From positions 1-64,000 of the IMG/VR virus record IMGVR_UViG_3300044695_004134: 64,000 nucleotides of DNA; one strand, written 5' to 3'. Origin of the DNA: a virus. The first letter of the stretch is position 1. Each line of letters starts with the position of its first letter. This document shows positions 40,948 to 50,407 of this stretch, in pieces. The notes under the pieces were generated by a model. The model ran no database searches, was not told the DNA's origin, and saw nothing but the letters and a program-made list of their open reading frames with translations. Made by a program: the position numbers and the translations under genes.

Positions 40948-43016
40948 TGTTGTATGCTAACTGTTACTGTGATTGCTTCTGGATCAAATATATCTACTGC
41001 AATAATTTTATTATATGTGGAAGATATAATTGTCGAGTCTGGCACAACCGAAATGGTGAATCTACCAAGGTCATTATTTACTTGTAACGGTGCAAAATCT
41101 GTCAGTGTTACTAATCCCGTTAGATAATTAATTGTACCAGCATTTGGATTTAAAATTGTTTTCACATTATTTAGGTAATAATATGATCTAATTACGCCTT
41201 CAGAACCTTCTAAAACGGGAGTAGCAAATGCTAATGCACCGGAGTTATCACCCTCTTGCGGAGTAATAGTAACGATTGCTTCTGTATAATTAAAACCTGG
41301 GTTTGTAACCACTATGCTGTTGACACGCCCGGAAGCAAGAACCGCGAATGCTGATGCATCTTTACCGTCACCAGTAATAGTTACTCTTGGTACTTTTGTG
41401 TAACCAAAACCTGGATTGCTTACATTAATTGTTGCTATACCACCCGTAGTTGTTGGGACCTCTTCAAAGAATATTCCCGACCTTATAGAACTAATTGATG
41501 TTACATCTACTTGTGAGAAATCTGGAGAAGATGATAGCCCAGCGTTAAAGTAATTTCTTTTTAATTTTACACCAAAATCAAGCAAATATGTTGCTCTTGC
41601 ATTTAATGTGGGATAAAATTTCTTCTGTAATCTTACTGTAGATTCGTTTGTAATGATCGAAGGGTTTGCAGTTTGAACACTTGAAATTAAATCTGGTAGT
41701 TTGAACACCGAATTGAATGTGTTCAAAGAAGATGCAGTAAAGTTGTTGATAGCACCAACAACTGCGTTTTGTATTTGATTACCTGTCAGAGTTGTCTTTT
41801 TGTTATCATATAATACTTTTGTATCAATTTTCAAATAAGTATAATCAGGATCAACAATTGTTGGCGTCACAGTCAATACAGAAATTGGTTTGATAACTTC
41901 AGTGATTAATTTTTGTTTCTGCGCTGGTGTTAACGTGAAACCGCCTGCTGGTTTGACTGCACAGAAAATTTGCCCGTAAACTGGTGGATCATTTTCTTCT
42001 CCACCCCATACTGATACTGAATCTATAGGTAAATTTGTTGAATTATTTTGAATTAGATATATGTAATCTTCTTTTGTTACAGCGCGCCCTTGTGCTGCGT
42101 ATGCTTTAGGTGCAGTGTATTTAATAGAAGCAATAGATTCTTTCTCTGAACCTTGTGTTGCTGAAACAATAGAAGTGATTACTGTGTTTGAAAAACCGCC
42201 AATACTAGACATGGAAGTAAAAGAGTTGGCACCAAAAGCTAATGTGCCTGATGTAGTAATGTATGTTAGGTTGATAATGTTTCCATTGACAAGAGATTTT
42301 CCAATGATGCCATCACCGAAATATATGTTGTACTTACCGTTCATTCCTTCTTCTAAAAAGTATACTTTACTAGTTGGTTTTAGATCAATATAGTTTGTTG
42401 AAAGATTATAAGTTTCTGATGCAGAGTTTGAAGATGATTCTTGTACGTTAACGATAAGTGTAGATGTGTCGATATCAGAGTCTGGTATTTCAAATATTTG
42501 TTTTGGATTTGTTGCAGTGTTGTATGCAAAGTTATAAGATGCTGCTATACCCTGTGAGATAATAATGTCGTTAAATGTTGCAGTATTTGAAGTTACATTT
42601 ACTGTTGATGCGTCTGTCGTAAGGAATGTATAGTTTACTTCATCGATTGCTTCTGATATAAAGGGTGCAAATTTTGGAAGTGTGAGTGTAGATGTTGATA
42701 CGTTGTTTACTGTAATTCTTACTGTAGCTTTTGGTGCAACTGCTGATTTTGGAATATAGTTTAACAATTTAGCGTGAGATACCACAGAACTCCTTTGGAT
42801 TGCAGAGTCCAAGAACATCTCATTTGCTACCATGTTTAAATAGTATGCATTGTATTGTGTGTTGTATGCCAACAGGTCAACAAGCACAGAAAGTGCTGAA
42901 CCATCAAAGTTATAGTCTTTGAGTGTGTCTTGTTGTGATAAAAATGATTTTAAACTTGCTTTGATACCACCAAAGTCAAGGTCTGTGATTTGTAAGCCTG
43001 AATTAGCTGATGCCAA
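40944..43016 (-). CDS. gp6: Baseplate wedge subunit
   Basis: LDFGGIK, DYNFDGS, LAYNT, EMFLDSA, FGDGIIG, QGRAVTKEDY, VWGGE. Confidence 0.95.
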   Translation of the reverse strand: MASANSGLQITDLDFGGIKASLKSFLSQQDTLKDYNFDGSALSVLVDLLAYNTQYNAYYLNMVANEMFLDSAIQRSSVVSHAKLLNYIPKSAVAPKATVRITVNNVSTSTLTLPKFAPFISEAIDEVNYTFLTTDASTVNVTSNTATFNDIIISQGIAASYNFAYNTATNPKQIFEIPDSDIDTSTLIVNVQESSSNSASETYNLSTNYIDLKPTSKVYFLEEGMNGKYNIYFGDGIIGKSLVNGNIINLTYITTSGTLAFGANSFTSMSSIGGFSNTVITSIVSATQGSEKESIASIKYTAPKAYAAQGRAVTKEDYIYLIQNNSTNLPIDSVSVWGGEENDPPVYGQIFCAVKPAGGFTLTPAQKQKLITEVIKPISVLTVTPTIVDPDYTYLKIDTKVLYDNKKTTLTGNQIQNAVVGAINNFTASSLNTFNSVFKLPDLISSVQTANPSIITNESTVRLQKKFYPTLNARATYLLDFGVKLKRNYFNAGLSSSPDFSQVDVTSISSIRSGIFFEEVPTTTGGIATINVSNPGFGYTKVPRVTITGDGKDASAFAVLASGRVNSIVVTNPGFNYTEAIVTITPQEGDNSGALAFATPVLEGSEGVIRSYYYLNNVKTILNPNAGTINYLTGLVTLTDFAPLQVNNDLGRFTISVVPDSTIISSTYNKIIAVDIFDPEAITVTVSIQQ

Positions 43017-43665
43017 AATTATTCTCCTTTAAGAAGTTACATGTCCATTGTTTATGATGTTTAGCTTTGCCGTGGGAAACAAGGGACATAGCTCCTTGAT
43101 TTAAATTATGAATTCTACAAAATTCCGAAAGGTTTTTTACATAATATACGACACCTGTAGGGTCGATGATTGAAAGTGAATTCATCCTTTGTAAATTTGA
43201 TTTCGACATGAATTTTTTGTTTTTATTCCATGCTACCTGATTTGTAGTTTTATTTTTATTCCATGGAGTGTGTCCGAGTTTGGCCAAACTCATTTTTGCT
43301 TTAGACTTATCGCTCATTTTTTGGCCAGAATTGCCTTTAGATTTTGAAACCACACTTAAAAGTTTTTTGGTTTTTTCTGTATGTTTGTATCCTGAAACTC
43401 CATCTCCACCATCCGTTTTATTCAACAAAATTCCAGCACTCTTATCTTTTCTACCATACCATGATATATATCTGCGCTCTAGTGCTAATGCTCCTACTTC
43501 ACTTAAATTTTTTTCTAAAAAAACTATTTTATTTCTATCCTTGGGAACTGAGATTCCACAATGTTTTTGTACACACCTTTTCCCTTGTCCTTTACCTATG
43601 TAATAAGGTAAGTTATTACTTTTTCGTAAATACGCATACACATAAAACTCGTCAGTGGATGGCAT
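43003..43665 (-). CDS. Free-standing GIY-YIG (Seg-like) homing endonuclease with NUMOD-type repeats
   Basis: FYVYAYLR...YYIGKG...R, LNKTDGGDG, HTEKTKKLLS and PWNK motifs; overlaps gp25 and gp6. Confidence 0.8.
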   Translation of the reverse strand: MPSTDEFYVYAYLRKSNNLPYYIGKGQGKRCVQKHCGISVPKDRNKIVFLEKNLSEVGALALERRYISWYGRKDKSAGILLNKTDGGDGVSGYKHTEKTKKLLSVVSKSKGNSGQKMSDKSKAKMSLAKLGHTPWNKNKTTNQVAWNKNKKFMSKSNLQRMNSLSIIDPTGVVYYVKNLSEFCRIHNLNQGAMSLVSHGKAKHHKQWTCNFLKENNFGIS

Positions 43666-44060
43666 CAGCGTGTTCTCTCAAGAATTAAATTGATTGCTGT
43701 GGGTTGAACGTTATTTCCAATAAAAAACTCTATTCCAACACTGTAAGCATTGTTATCTACCTGTTCATCGATGGCGACCTGCACCAATCTAACCCTCGGT
43801 TCATGGTTATTCAAAGTAGTTTCTATTTCATTTTTTAAATCTTGTGCAGTTAAGAAATCAATTGATTCGAATAACAACTGTTCGATTCTACTACCAATAT
43901 TTGGCTGGAAGGGTCTCTCATAGTTCTTGGTTAACAAAAGATAACGCACGGAACGTATGACAGCCATTTCATCATAACTCAAGGCGATATCATTTCTACC
44001 AGGAGTTCTAGTAAAATTGAAATCTATATCTGAATATAATTTTTTAAGTGTTTGTACCAT
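43665..44060 (-). CDS. gp25: Baseplate wedge subunit
   Basis: YSDIDF, ERPFQPNIGS, EPRV. Confidence 0.92.
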   Translation of the reverse strand: MVQTLKKLYSDIDFNFTRTPGRNDIALSYDEMAVIRSVRYLLLTKNYERPFQPNIGSRIEQLLFESIDFLTAQDLKNEIETTLNNHEPRVRLVQVAIDEQVDNNAYSVGIEFFIGNNVQPTAINLILERTR

Positions 44061-44065
44061 TTTAT

Positions 44066-44073
44066 TATTTATC
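44066..44073 (-). promoter_or_regulatory. Late promoter variant GATAAATA
   Basis: 7/8 match 5 nt before the gp25 ATG. Confidence 0.45.
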
Positions 44074-44149
44074 GTAGGAGTAAAATGACTTTTTCAAAAC
44101 CAAGAACTTGCGCTAAAAAATTCTAGGGCCGGAACGAAATTTTCGAATT

Positions 44150-45016
44150 TTAGGAAGTATTAGTGTTCGCAGTATTAGATGAAAGTTTTTGCTTGTATTC
44201 GTCTGTACCTATGAGATTGGTAACAAGATACAGTTGTGTATTTCCAACATTTTCCAAATTATCAACCTTATTAGAGTCTTCCAGTAATATTAAGCCTTGT
44301 TGATAAAAGTTCCAATCATGGAGTCTTCGTGTGCTTAACATTCCACTAGCAGTTTGTAAGTGGGAAATTATCGAATTGGCTTGTGTAGTGGTTATGTTTG
44401 ATGCCAAATTTCCAGTACCATCCAAATAAATTGAAGAATTTAGTGTTGGATAATCAGCAGTAATAATCACGGTATTTGCGGCAATATCATCTCCCATGAA
44501 TAAACTTGTCATACTTCCCAGCAACGGAGTCGAATCTTGAATACCATCAGTGTTATTCAATAACATCAACAAGTTTTGACCCACCTGCACAGCGGTATCA
44601 TAGTCCGGGTATTCGATCACAGGAGAACCGTCTTCTGGAACGGTAGATTCAGCTTTTGTCACACCAGCGACATTTGATGTGTGTTGATTGAATAGGGGGA
44701 TTTCTGATAAAAGTGTGTTTACTGATGATTGCAGACCTGCCCCATTAGCTGTATCATATGAAACAATCGTCAGCATTAGGTTGTATAGGTTCTGTGTACT
44801 CGATTGGAGTTCATTACACACATTCAAAACTGGATTCTTGTAGTAATTTGTTGCAATGATTGTGCCATTGGCCAAGTCATCTTTTTGCCATGTCTCAAGA
44901 GATATGGGTTGTGTGTTTAGAAAGTTTTTTGTATCTTGACTCAAGTAAATTGCATCACCAAATTTACCTGTATCAAAACTAAAACTCAATCTATTAAATA
45001 CGTTTGCTCCTGCCAT
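44150..45016 (-). CDS. Hypothetical baseplate-module protein
   Basis: 288 aa N/T/S-rich ORF with GGAG RBS between gp5 and gp25. Confidence 0.75.
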   Translation of the reverse strand: MAGANVFNRLSFSFDTGKFGDAIYLSQDTKNFLNTQPISLETWQKDDLANGTIIATNYYKNPVLNVCNELQSSTQNLYNLMLTIVSYDTANGAGLQSSVNTLLSEIPLFNQHTSNVAGVTKAESTVPEDGSPVIEYPDYDTAVQVGQNLLMLLNNTDGIQDSTPLLGSMTSLFMGDDIAANTVIITADYPTLNSSIYLDGTGNLASNITTTQANSIISHLQTASGMLSTRRLHDWNFYQQGLILLEDSNKVDNLENVGNTQLYLVTNLIGTDEYKQKLSSNTANTNTS

Positions 45017-45034
45017 TCAAATCTCCATTATTAA

Positions 45035-45811
45035 TTATAACATTTTACGCAAAGGTGTGGAAGTTGGACCCTTTGGTGCTTTATGTATATGTGAATTGTA
45101 TTGCATTCGCATAGTCATCATTGTACCCAAAGTATCTCTCACCATAGCACCCTGTGTGAGTGGTGTCCAAAGACTTACTGCTCCAAATATTGGTCCAAGA
45201 GTATCGATACCAAGATTTGAACTTAATTTCATGCCGGCTGTTACATTTTCAACCGCTGAAACTGATTGTTTCGAAATGATTGAGCCTGAAACATTTAAAT
45301 CACTCTGTATATTGACAGCTTCAGCGGCTCTTAATGTGATTACACCCGTTGCGGTACCAGCAAAAAGTGAAATATCTCCACCTGATGTGATTTCAACCTT
45401 ATCTGTCGAATTTACTTTTGTTTTACCATTCACTTGTTGATATGAATCACCTTCGACTTTACTGTATGCGTCACCTAGTACATGTACAACAGAGTCTCCG
45501 TTTATCGTAATGTTGCAGATACCCTTAATGAGAACATTATTATCATTTGCTATGATTTCATACTTATCACCTAAAATCTTAACGATTTGTTGACCGTTTG
45601 CTTGTATTTCGGTGAATGTGCCAGTTCTATGTTGAATACGCACTCTTTCATATTCTGGTGTGTCATCAAGTTCGATAAAGTGCCCAGACTCCGTACCAAT
45701 TACTTTATTCAGTGGAGGAGAAGCATTCCAATCTGATGGAGGTTCATTCCATGAATAGTCATCAGGCTTTGTGTCCAGAATTTGTTGGTCTAGTTGTGCT
45801 TGTGTTGCCAT
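45035..45811 (-). CDS. gp5: Baseplate spike, gp5 C-terminal beta-helix part
   Basis: TESGHFIELDDTP, RIQHRTGTFTEI, beta-helix repeats, terminal HIH motif. Confidence 0.85.
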   Translation of the reverse strand: MATQAQLDQQILDTKPDDYSWNEPPSDWNASPPLNKVIGTESGHFIELDDTPEYERVRIQHRTGTFTEIQANGQQIVKILGDKYEIIANDNNVLIKGICNITINGDSVVHVLGDAYSKVEGDSYQQVNGKTKVNSTDKVEITSGGDISLFAGTATGVITLRAAEAVNIQSDLNVSGSIISKQSVSAVENVTAGMKLSSNLGIDTLGPIFGAVSLWTPLTQGAMVRDTLGTMMTMRMQYNSHIHKAPKGPTSTPLRKML

Positions 45812-45813
45812 AA

Positions 45814-46845
45814 TTAAATTCTTCCTGAATAAGAGTTCGGATTCAAAGTTGTTTCTGCCGTAGATACTAAGGTGGAGGCACTGGCGATTGTTGTTGTTGT
45901 ATTAGCTATAGTTTTTGTAACATCCGAAATTAACCCAGTTCCCTCTGTTATAAGTTCTGAGAAAGCACTGGTTGTCGTATCTATGGCGGAAGTGAACACA
46001 CCAGCCAAAGCGGCATATAAACTAGCTAAACAATCGCTAAATTGTTGGAGTAATCTGGCGGGTAGGCTTAAAAACCAAGCAATCGTTCGTTGCACCTTTG
46101 CTATAAATTCTGCTATCACTTTTAAAACATTATTAATAAAGTCTAGTAATTCGTTAATTGTTCTTAAAATTCCACGTAAAACTTTAATAGCCGCTACTAT
46201 TCCCGTTGTTAATGGTGATGCGGCTGCACCAGCCGTGAGGGCTTCAATTCCATTTCGTATTGCTTGAAATATTGTGGAATTTTTTAACGCCTCAACTGCC
46301 GCCTGGTATTTTATTACACCTGGAATATCACAAACGTGTGCCCGTGAATTATCCGACTTTTCAATTCCTGTACCCTTATATGCATTCGATGGTGCAGGAG
46401 CGGTTGACTCTCCTACACGTACCGGTTTCATTGCAGGAGTGTCAGTATATACAACAGGTTTTATAGCATCAGTTTCTTTTACGTCTGAATTTGTAAATTT
46501 TGCTTTTGCATAGAAACCTTTCCCTGCAACAGCATCAACATCTTGTTGTGGTATAGCAGGAAATACACCCAGCATTGCTGGCGCTTGTGATGATAGGCCA
46601 TCCATAAAGAAGCCAAAAACATAATCACCTTCCATTGGTGTGGAAAATGTTCTTGAATCGTTAACTGGATATAGTGGTGTTGCCCAAGGTAATTCGGCTG
46701 TTGGAATTTCTTGTAAGTTATCTGTGTGTGAACCAAAAATTCTAACCTTACAACGACCAACATTTAATGGATCAACACGGTCTTCAACGACACCAATCCA
46801 CCAAACGAAATCATCGTGACCAATTCTATTTTTAAAATCTGACAT
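45814..46845 (-). CDS. gp5: Baseplate hub, gp5 N-terminal OB-fold part
   Basis: WWIGVVEDRVDP, GRCKVRIFG, LPWA, VFGFFMDG; helical C-half, no lysozyme motif seen. Confidence 0.88.
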   Translation of the reverse strand: MSDFKNRIGHDDFVWWIGVVEDRVDPLNVGRCKVRIFGSHTDNLQEIPTAELPWATPLYPVNDSRTFSTPMEGDYVFGFFMDGLSSQAPAMLGVFPAIPQQDVDAVAGKGFYAKAKFTNSDVKETDAIKPVVYTDTPAMKPVRVGESTAPAPSNAYKGTGIEKSDNSRAHVCDIPGVIKYQAAVEALKNSTIFQAIRNGIEALTAGAAASPLTTGIVAAIKVLRGILRTINELLDFINNVLKVIAEFIAKVQRTIAWFLSLPARLLQQFSDCLASLYAALAGVFTSAIDTTTSAFSELITEGTGLISDVTKTIANTTTTIASASTLVSTAETTLNPNSYSGRI

Positions 46846-48272
46846 TATACATCACCCTTTATTGCTTTCTCCATGTCACCAGAATTTGTATAAGTGTTCA
46901 CTGATGCTCCGTAACTATCTTTTACAACTTCTAGTATAGATTCATATTTACCAAGATGGTCTATAATATGTCTAACAGCCGTAATCATGTATTTTCCAGA
47001 ATTTATCGGATCAATTTCTCCAACATAATTTCCAGATCCATCAGCACTTCTTTTGGATGGTAAAATTATTTGAATTATCATTCCAACAGTTAAATTTGGA
47101 TCGCCAGAAACGGATAATCTTATTCTCGAATAATGAGAAAGTGAAAGTTGTGCTGTTCGATTTGGCACATAATTTTCCACTCTTACATCATTTGCCACAT
47201 TCCAAGGTTCATCACTGATACCTATTGACTTCTTTTGATTGGCATTTGAAGTCAATACCTTTAAAACCGCATCATAATTTTCATTTGCGGTTTTGCCTAA
47301 CCTATTTTTAAGTTGTGGTATTATTGGACTATTATTTAAATTTTTAGATTTGTTAAAATACTTTAAGTAATCAAATACTGTGTCTCTATGGGTTCTTGTC
47401 AACGGATCGATAGTAATTACTCTATTAGCAAATGCACCGGTTACAGTACCATATAAACTATCAAATGTATCTAAGAAAACGTATGATTTAATACCAACGA
47501 TATCTCTGCCGAGTTCTCCTGTGTTTTGTAATTTGCCTAAATTTCTAGGAATATATGCATATCTTGTGTATGCATTTTGTGTAAATAAATTTTGCAATGA
47601 ATAAAAATTAAAACCTTCTGAATTTTCAAAGAATAGAAAATCTGCACCGTCTTTACCGACAGGTTTTGCATAACTTGCAAGCCAATTTATAGCCTCAATT
47701 GGTTTCTTATATGGTATTACAAAATCATATAGCCCATCAGTCTCCTGCATTCTAATATATTTTTTATCAATTTTCAATTTATTAGAAAGTATGTCATAAA
47801 TCATGTCTGAGATTTTTTTTCCAGAATATGATTTACTTATTTTAGTTTGTTCCGAAAGTAAAAGTTCTTCTGAACAAAAATGTAATGTGTATGTTTCTGT
47901 TGAATTATTGTTCAAGATTCTTTCAGACACTCTGTAAATTCTAAAATATTTTTCAGTCACAAATTGTTCTGATACTTTTGTGGACTTTTTAAATTTAAGT
48001 TTTAAATAATCGAATCCCGTCATTGCAAGTCTATCAATCATACTAATCGAATCTGTAATTAAAACATTACCACTCAATACACCTTTAAAAATATCTTCAT
48101 AAAAAGATACTTCTAGGAACATGTTTTTAAGATTTGTTTTACCGGATGATGTAATCAAATATATTTCATCAAGACTGAACTGGTCGGCTAAAACTAAACC
48201 AGCAGTTTGCACAGTTTCCTGTGGCTTAGAAGCAATAATAGACGATCCACCAGCAACTTCAATTTTATTCAT
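46845..48272 (-). CDS. Baseplate hub protein, gp27/gpD-like
   Basis: FYEDIF, FLFFEN, GDPNLTVG, SGKYMITAVRH; between gp53 and gp5. Confidence 0.65.
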   Translation of the reverse strand: MNKIEVAGGSSIIASKPQETVQTAGLVLADQFSLDEIYLITSSGKTNLKNMFLEVSFYEDIFKGVLSGNVLITDSISMIDRLAMTGFDYLKLKFKKSTKVSEQFVTEKYFRIYRVSERILNNNSTETYTLHFCSEELLLSEQTKISKSYSGKKISDMIYDILSNKLKIDKKYIRMQETDGLYDFVIPYKKPIEAINWLASYAKPVGKDGADFLFFENSEGFNFYSLQNLFTQNAYTRYAYIPRNLGKLQNTGELGRDIVGIKSYVFLDTFDSLYGTVTGAFANRVITIDPLTRTHRDTVFDYLKYFNKSKNLNNSPIIPQLKNRLGKTANENYDAVLKVLTSNANQKKSIGISDEPWNVANDVRVENYVPNRTAQLSLSHYSRIRLSVSGDPNLTVGMIIQIILPSKRSADGSGNYVGEIDPINSGKYMITAVRHIIDHLGKYESILEVVKDSYGASVNTYTNSGDMEKAIKGDV

Positions 48273-48922
48273 TATTCAACTCTCATTAGAAGTTTAAGTT
48301 GTTCTTCCATTTCACTAACGTAAAATTCATTCAACAATTTTATTTGTCTTTTAGATTCATTCAAATCTTCTTCATAATCATATATTGTTACAATATTTTT
48401 TGTTGTTGATACAATACATTGTGTTCCGTTTGCAACTGGAGGGTACGGTATATCATATGTTACTGTAGATTCTGAAAGTGTATTATAATCACTTTGTGTT
48501 ATTGAAACTTCTTTTATTGTTTCTGTTCCAGTGTAAATTTCAGTTGTTGTTATGATTTTTTTATATTCATAAACTGTTGTGTTCGTATATTCGAACGGAG
48601 TTTGGCCAGCATCGGCCGCTTCGGTAGCATATTTTAAATCTAAATATTTCAAGAAAGAAGCGTATGGCATTGGCCATTCCCAAATTGGATCTAAAATTTG
48701 ATTTGAGAATAAAACTATCCAATATTTAAATGGATCGCCATAATATTTGTCTGCAACGATTTCTGGTGTATCACCCTCCTGTATTGCATATTCATAAAAT
48801 TGCATTGGATTGTTTATCAATTCCTGAACCAGTGCGGCTCTAGCCAAAAGATTGGTCATCAATATTGGATAACCATTTTGGTCCGGAGTAACTATTTTAG
48901 GTAATATGTCGAAATAATACAT
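48272..48922 (-). CDS. gp53: Baseplate wedge protein
   Basis: GDTPEIVADKYYG...WIVL LysM-like motif; YEEDLNESKRQIKLL. Confidence 0.88.
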   Translation of the reverse strand: MYYFDILPKIVTPDQNGYPILMTNLLARAALVQELINNPMQFYEYAIQEGDTPEIVADKYYGDPFKYWIVLFSNQILDPIWEWPMPYASFLKYLDLKYATEAADAGQTPFEYTNTTVYEYKKIITTTEIYTGTETIKEVSITQSDYNTLSESTVTYDIPYPPVANGTQCIVSTTKNIVTIYDYEEDLNESKRQIKLLNEFYVSEMEEQLKLLMRVE

Positions 48923-49929
48923 TAGAAACCTTCCCCAATTCTATTTTTATCGACAATGACAGTTTCTGTGAATTGTAGAGTCATTCTTATTTGCACAGGT
49001 GAGCCGTCATTAAATGTTGCCCATCCGTTTGGCCCATAATCTACTGATATATTTTCTAAAACACTACGACCTATTTTGTGTACGTATGGGTTTGCTTTTC
49101 CTTTGTATAAGAACTCTATGTCGAAAGGATAAGGAACATCAACAAATAAAGATTCCGCAAAACCGAAAGAACCTCTTTTGATTTCAGGTGCGGCCGCAAA
49201 TTTAAATGTCTTGATGATTTTATTTACTGTTTCTGTTTCTTCTTTACTGTAAGGAGTAAACAAGAAGTCAAATTGAAAAGACCTGAAATTTACTTGTTGA
49301 AATAAAACTTGTAACTGCGGATTAAATGCTTGACCCAATGCTCTTAGCGCAAGCGGCTGTAAATTTCCCTCCAGACCAAATTTTTCACCTAAACGTCTTG
49401 CGGCCTCAGCCCTTAAATATGGATCGTTAGCTACATTATTTCCAAACTTCTCAACAGAATCCCCTCTATTCTTAACTAAATCTACCAATGATGTACCCGC
49501 TTGTGCAAGAAAAAATGGTCTACCCAACGTTGAAGTAAGTTGAGTTTCAGTGCTATAATTTGTCGAATATTGTACATTCACTGTATCCGGAATGTACAAT
49601 GAAATCGTTGCATGTTGTATCCTTTGAACATCGGACGCAACCAATTCATTAATTGCATCTTTTCCCTGTTGAAAAGCTCCCGTAAAATTGCCGTTTGCGG
49701 AAGACTGTAATATACCAACGGCTTTTGATGCTGTTGCTGGCGGAGCATTTGGATCCGGCTTCATGCTTCTAAATCTAATTACGTGACTTCTTGTTGGATC
49801 TGTGCCCAAATTTCTTGGATATCTATATGTTCCAAATTCATACTTATTTCCATACAGCAACTGAAGAGGACCGTTGATGATACCTGGTACTGAAATACCT
49901 GCTATTGAGGTTGGGATAGATATTGGCAT
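48922..49929 (-). CDS. gp48: Baseplate tail-tube cap
   Basis: LYIPD, NPQLQVLF, RSFQFDFLFTP, LQFTE. Confidence 0.85.
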   Translation of the reverse strand: MPISIPTSIAGISVPGIINGPLQLLYGNKYEFGTYRYPRNLGTDPTRSHVIRFRSMKPDPNAPPATASKAVGILQSSANGNFTGAFQQGKDAINELVASDVQRIQHATISLYIPDTVNVQYSTNYSTETQLTSTLGRPFFLAQAGTSLVDLVKNRGDSVEKFGNNVANDPYLRAEAARRLGEKFGLEGNLQPLALRALGQAFNPQLQVLFQQVNFRSFQFDFLFTPYSKEETETVNKIIKTFKFAAAPEIKRGSFGFAESLFVDVPYPFDIEFLYKGKANPYVHKIGRSVLENISVDYGPNGWATFNDGSPVQIRMTLQFTETVIVDKNRIGEGF

Positions 49930-49962
49930 GGTTTTTTTGTTATTTTAGAAAGGTAATATACA

Positions 49963-49970
49963 TATTTATA
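49963..49970 (-). promoter_or_regulatory. T4-type late promoter TATAAATA for the baseplate operon
   Basis: Exact match at the divergent gp48/gp4 junction. Confidence 0.75.
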
Positions 49971-50407
49971 TGGCATACAGTGGAAGATTTACACCTCGGA
50001 ACCCACAAAAGTATCGTGGAGACCCAAAAAATATCATTTATCGTTCGACATGGGAGTGCCGAGTGATGAACTGGCTCGACTCGAATGATACCATTATCGA
50101 ATGGGGTTCTGAGGAGTTCTCTATACCATATAAATCTCCGGTAGATAACCGTGTTCACCGTTATTTTCCTGATTTTTACGTGAAAGTTAAGCAAAAAGAT
50201 GATACAATCCGAGTGATGATTATCGAAGTAAAACCAGCAAAACAGACTAAACCGCCTGAGAAAAAGAAGAAAGTCACGAAACAATACATCCAAGAAGTGG
50301 TCACTTGGGGTATCAATGAAGCAAAATGGAAAGCCGCAACCGAGTTCTGTCTGGACCGTGGATGGGCTTTCAAAGTATTAACAGAGTATGATTTAGGATT
50401 AAAATGA
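49970..50407 (+). CDS. gp4: Head completion nuclease-like protein
   Basis: KYRGDP, YRSTWE, HRYFPDF, IEVKP, NEAKWKAA. Confidence 0.93.
   Translation: MAYSGRFTPRNPQKYRGDPKNIIYRSTWECRVMNWLDSNDTIIEWGSEEFSIPYKSPVDNRVHRYFPDFYVKVKQKDDTIRVMIIEVKPAKQTKPPEKKKKVTKQYIQEVVTWGINEAKWKAATEFCLDRGWAFKVLTEYDLGLK

Noticed and set aside
43003-43665. Group I intron around the endonuclease
   Set aside because: gp25 and gp6 are intact and directly overlap the ORF, leaving no room for intron core structure.
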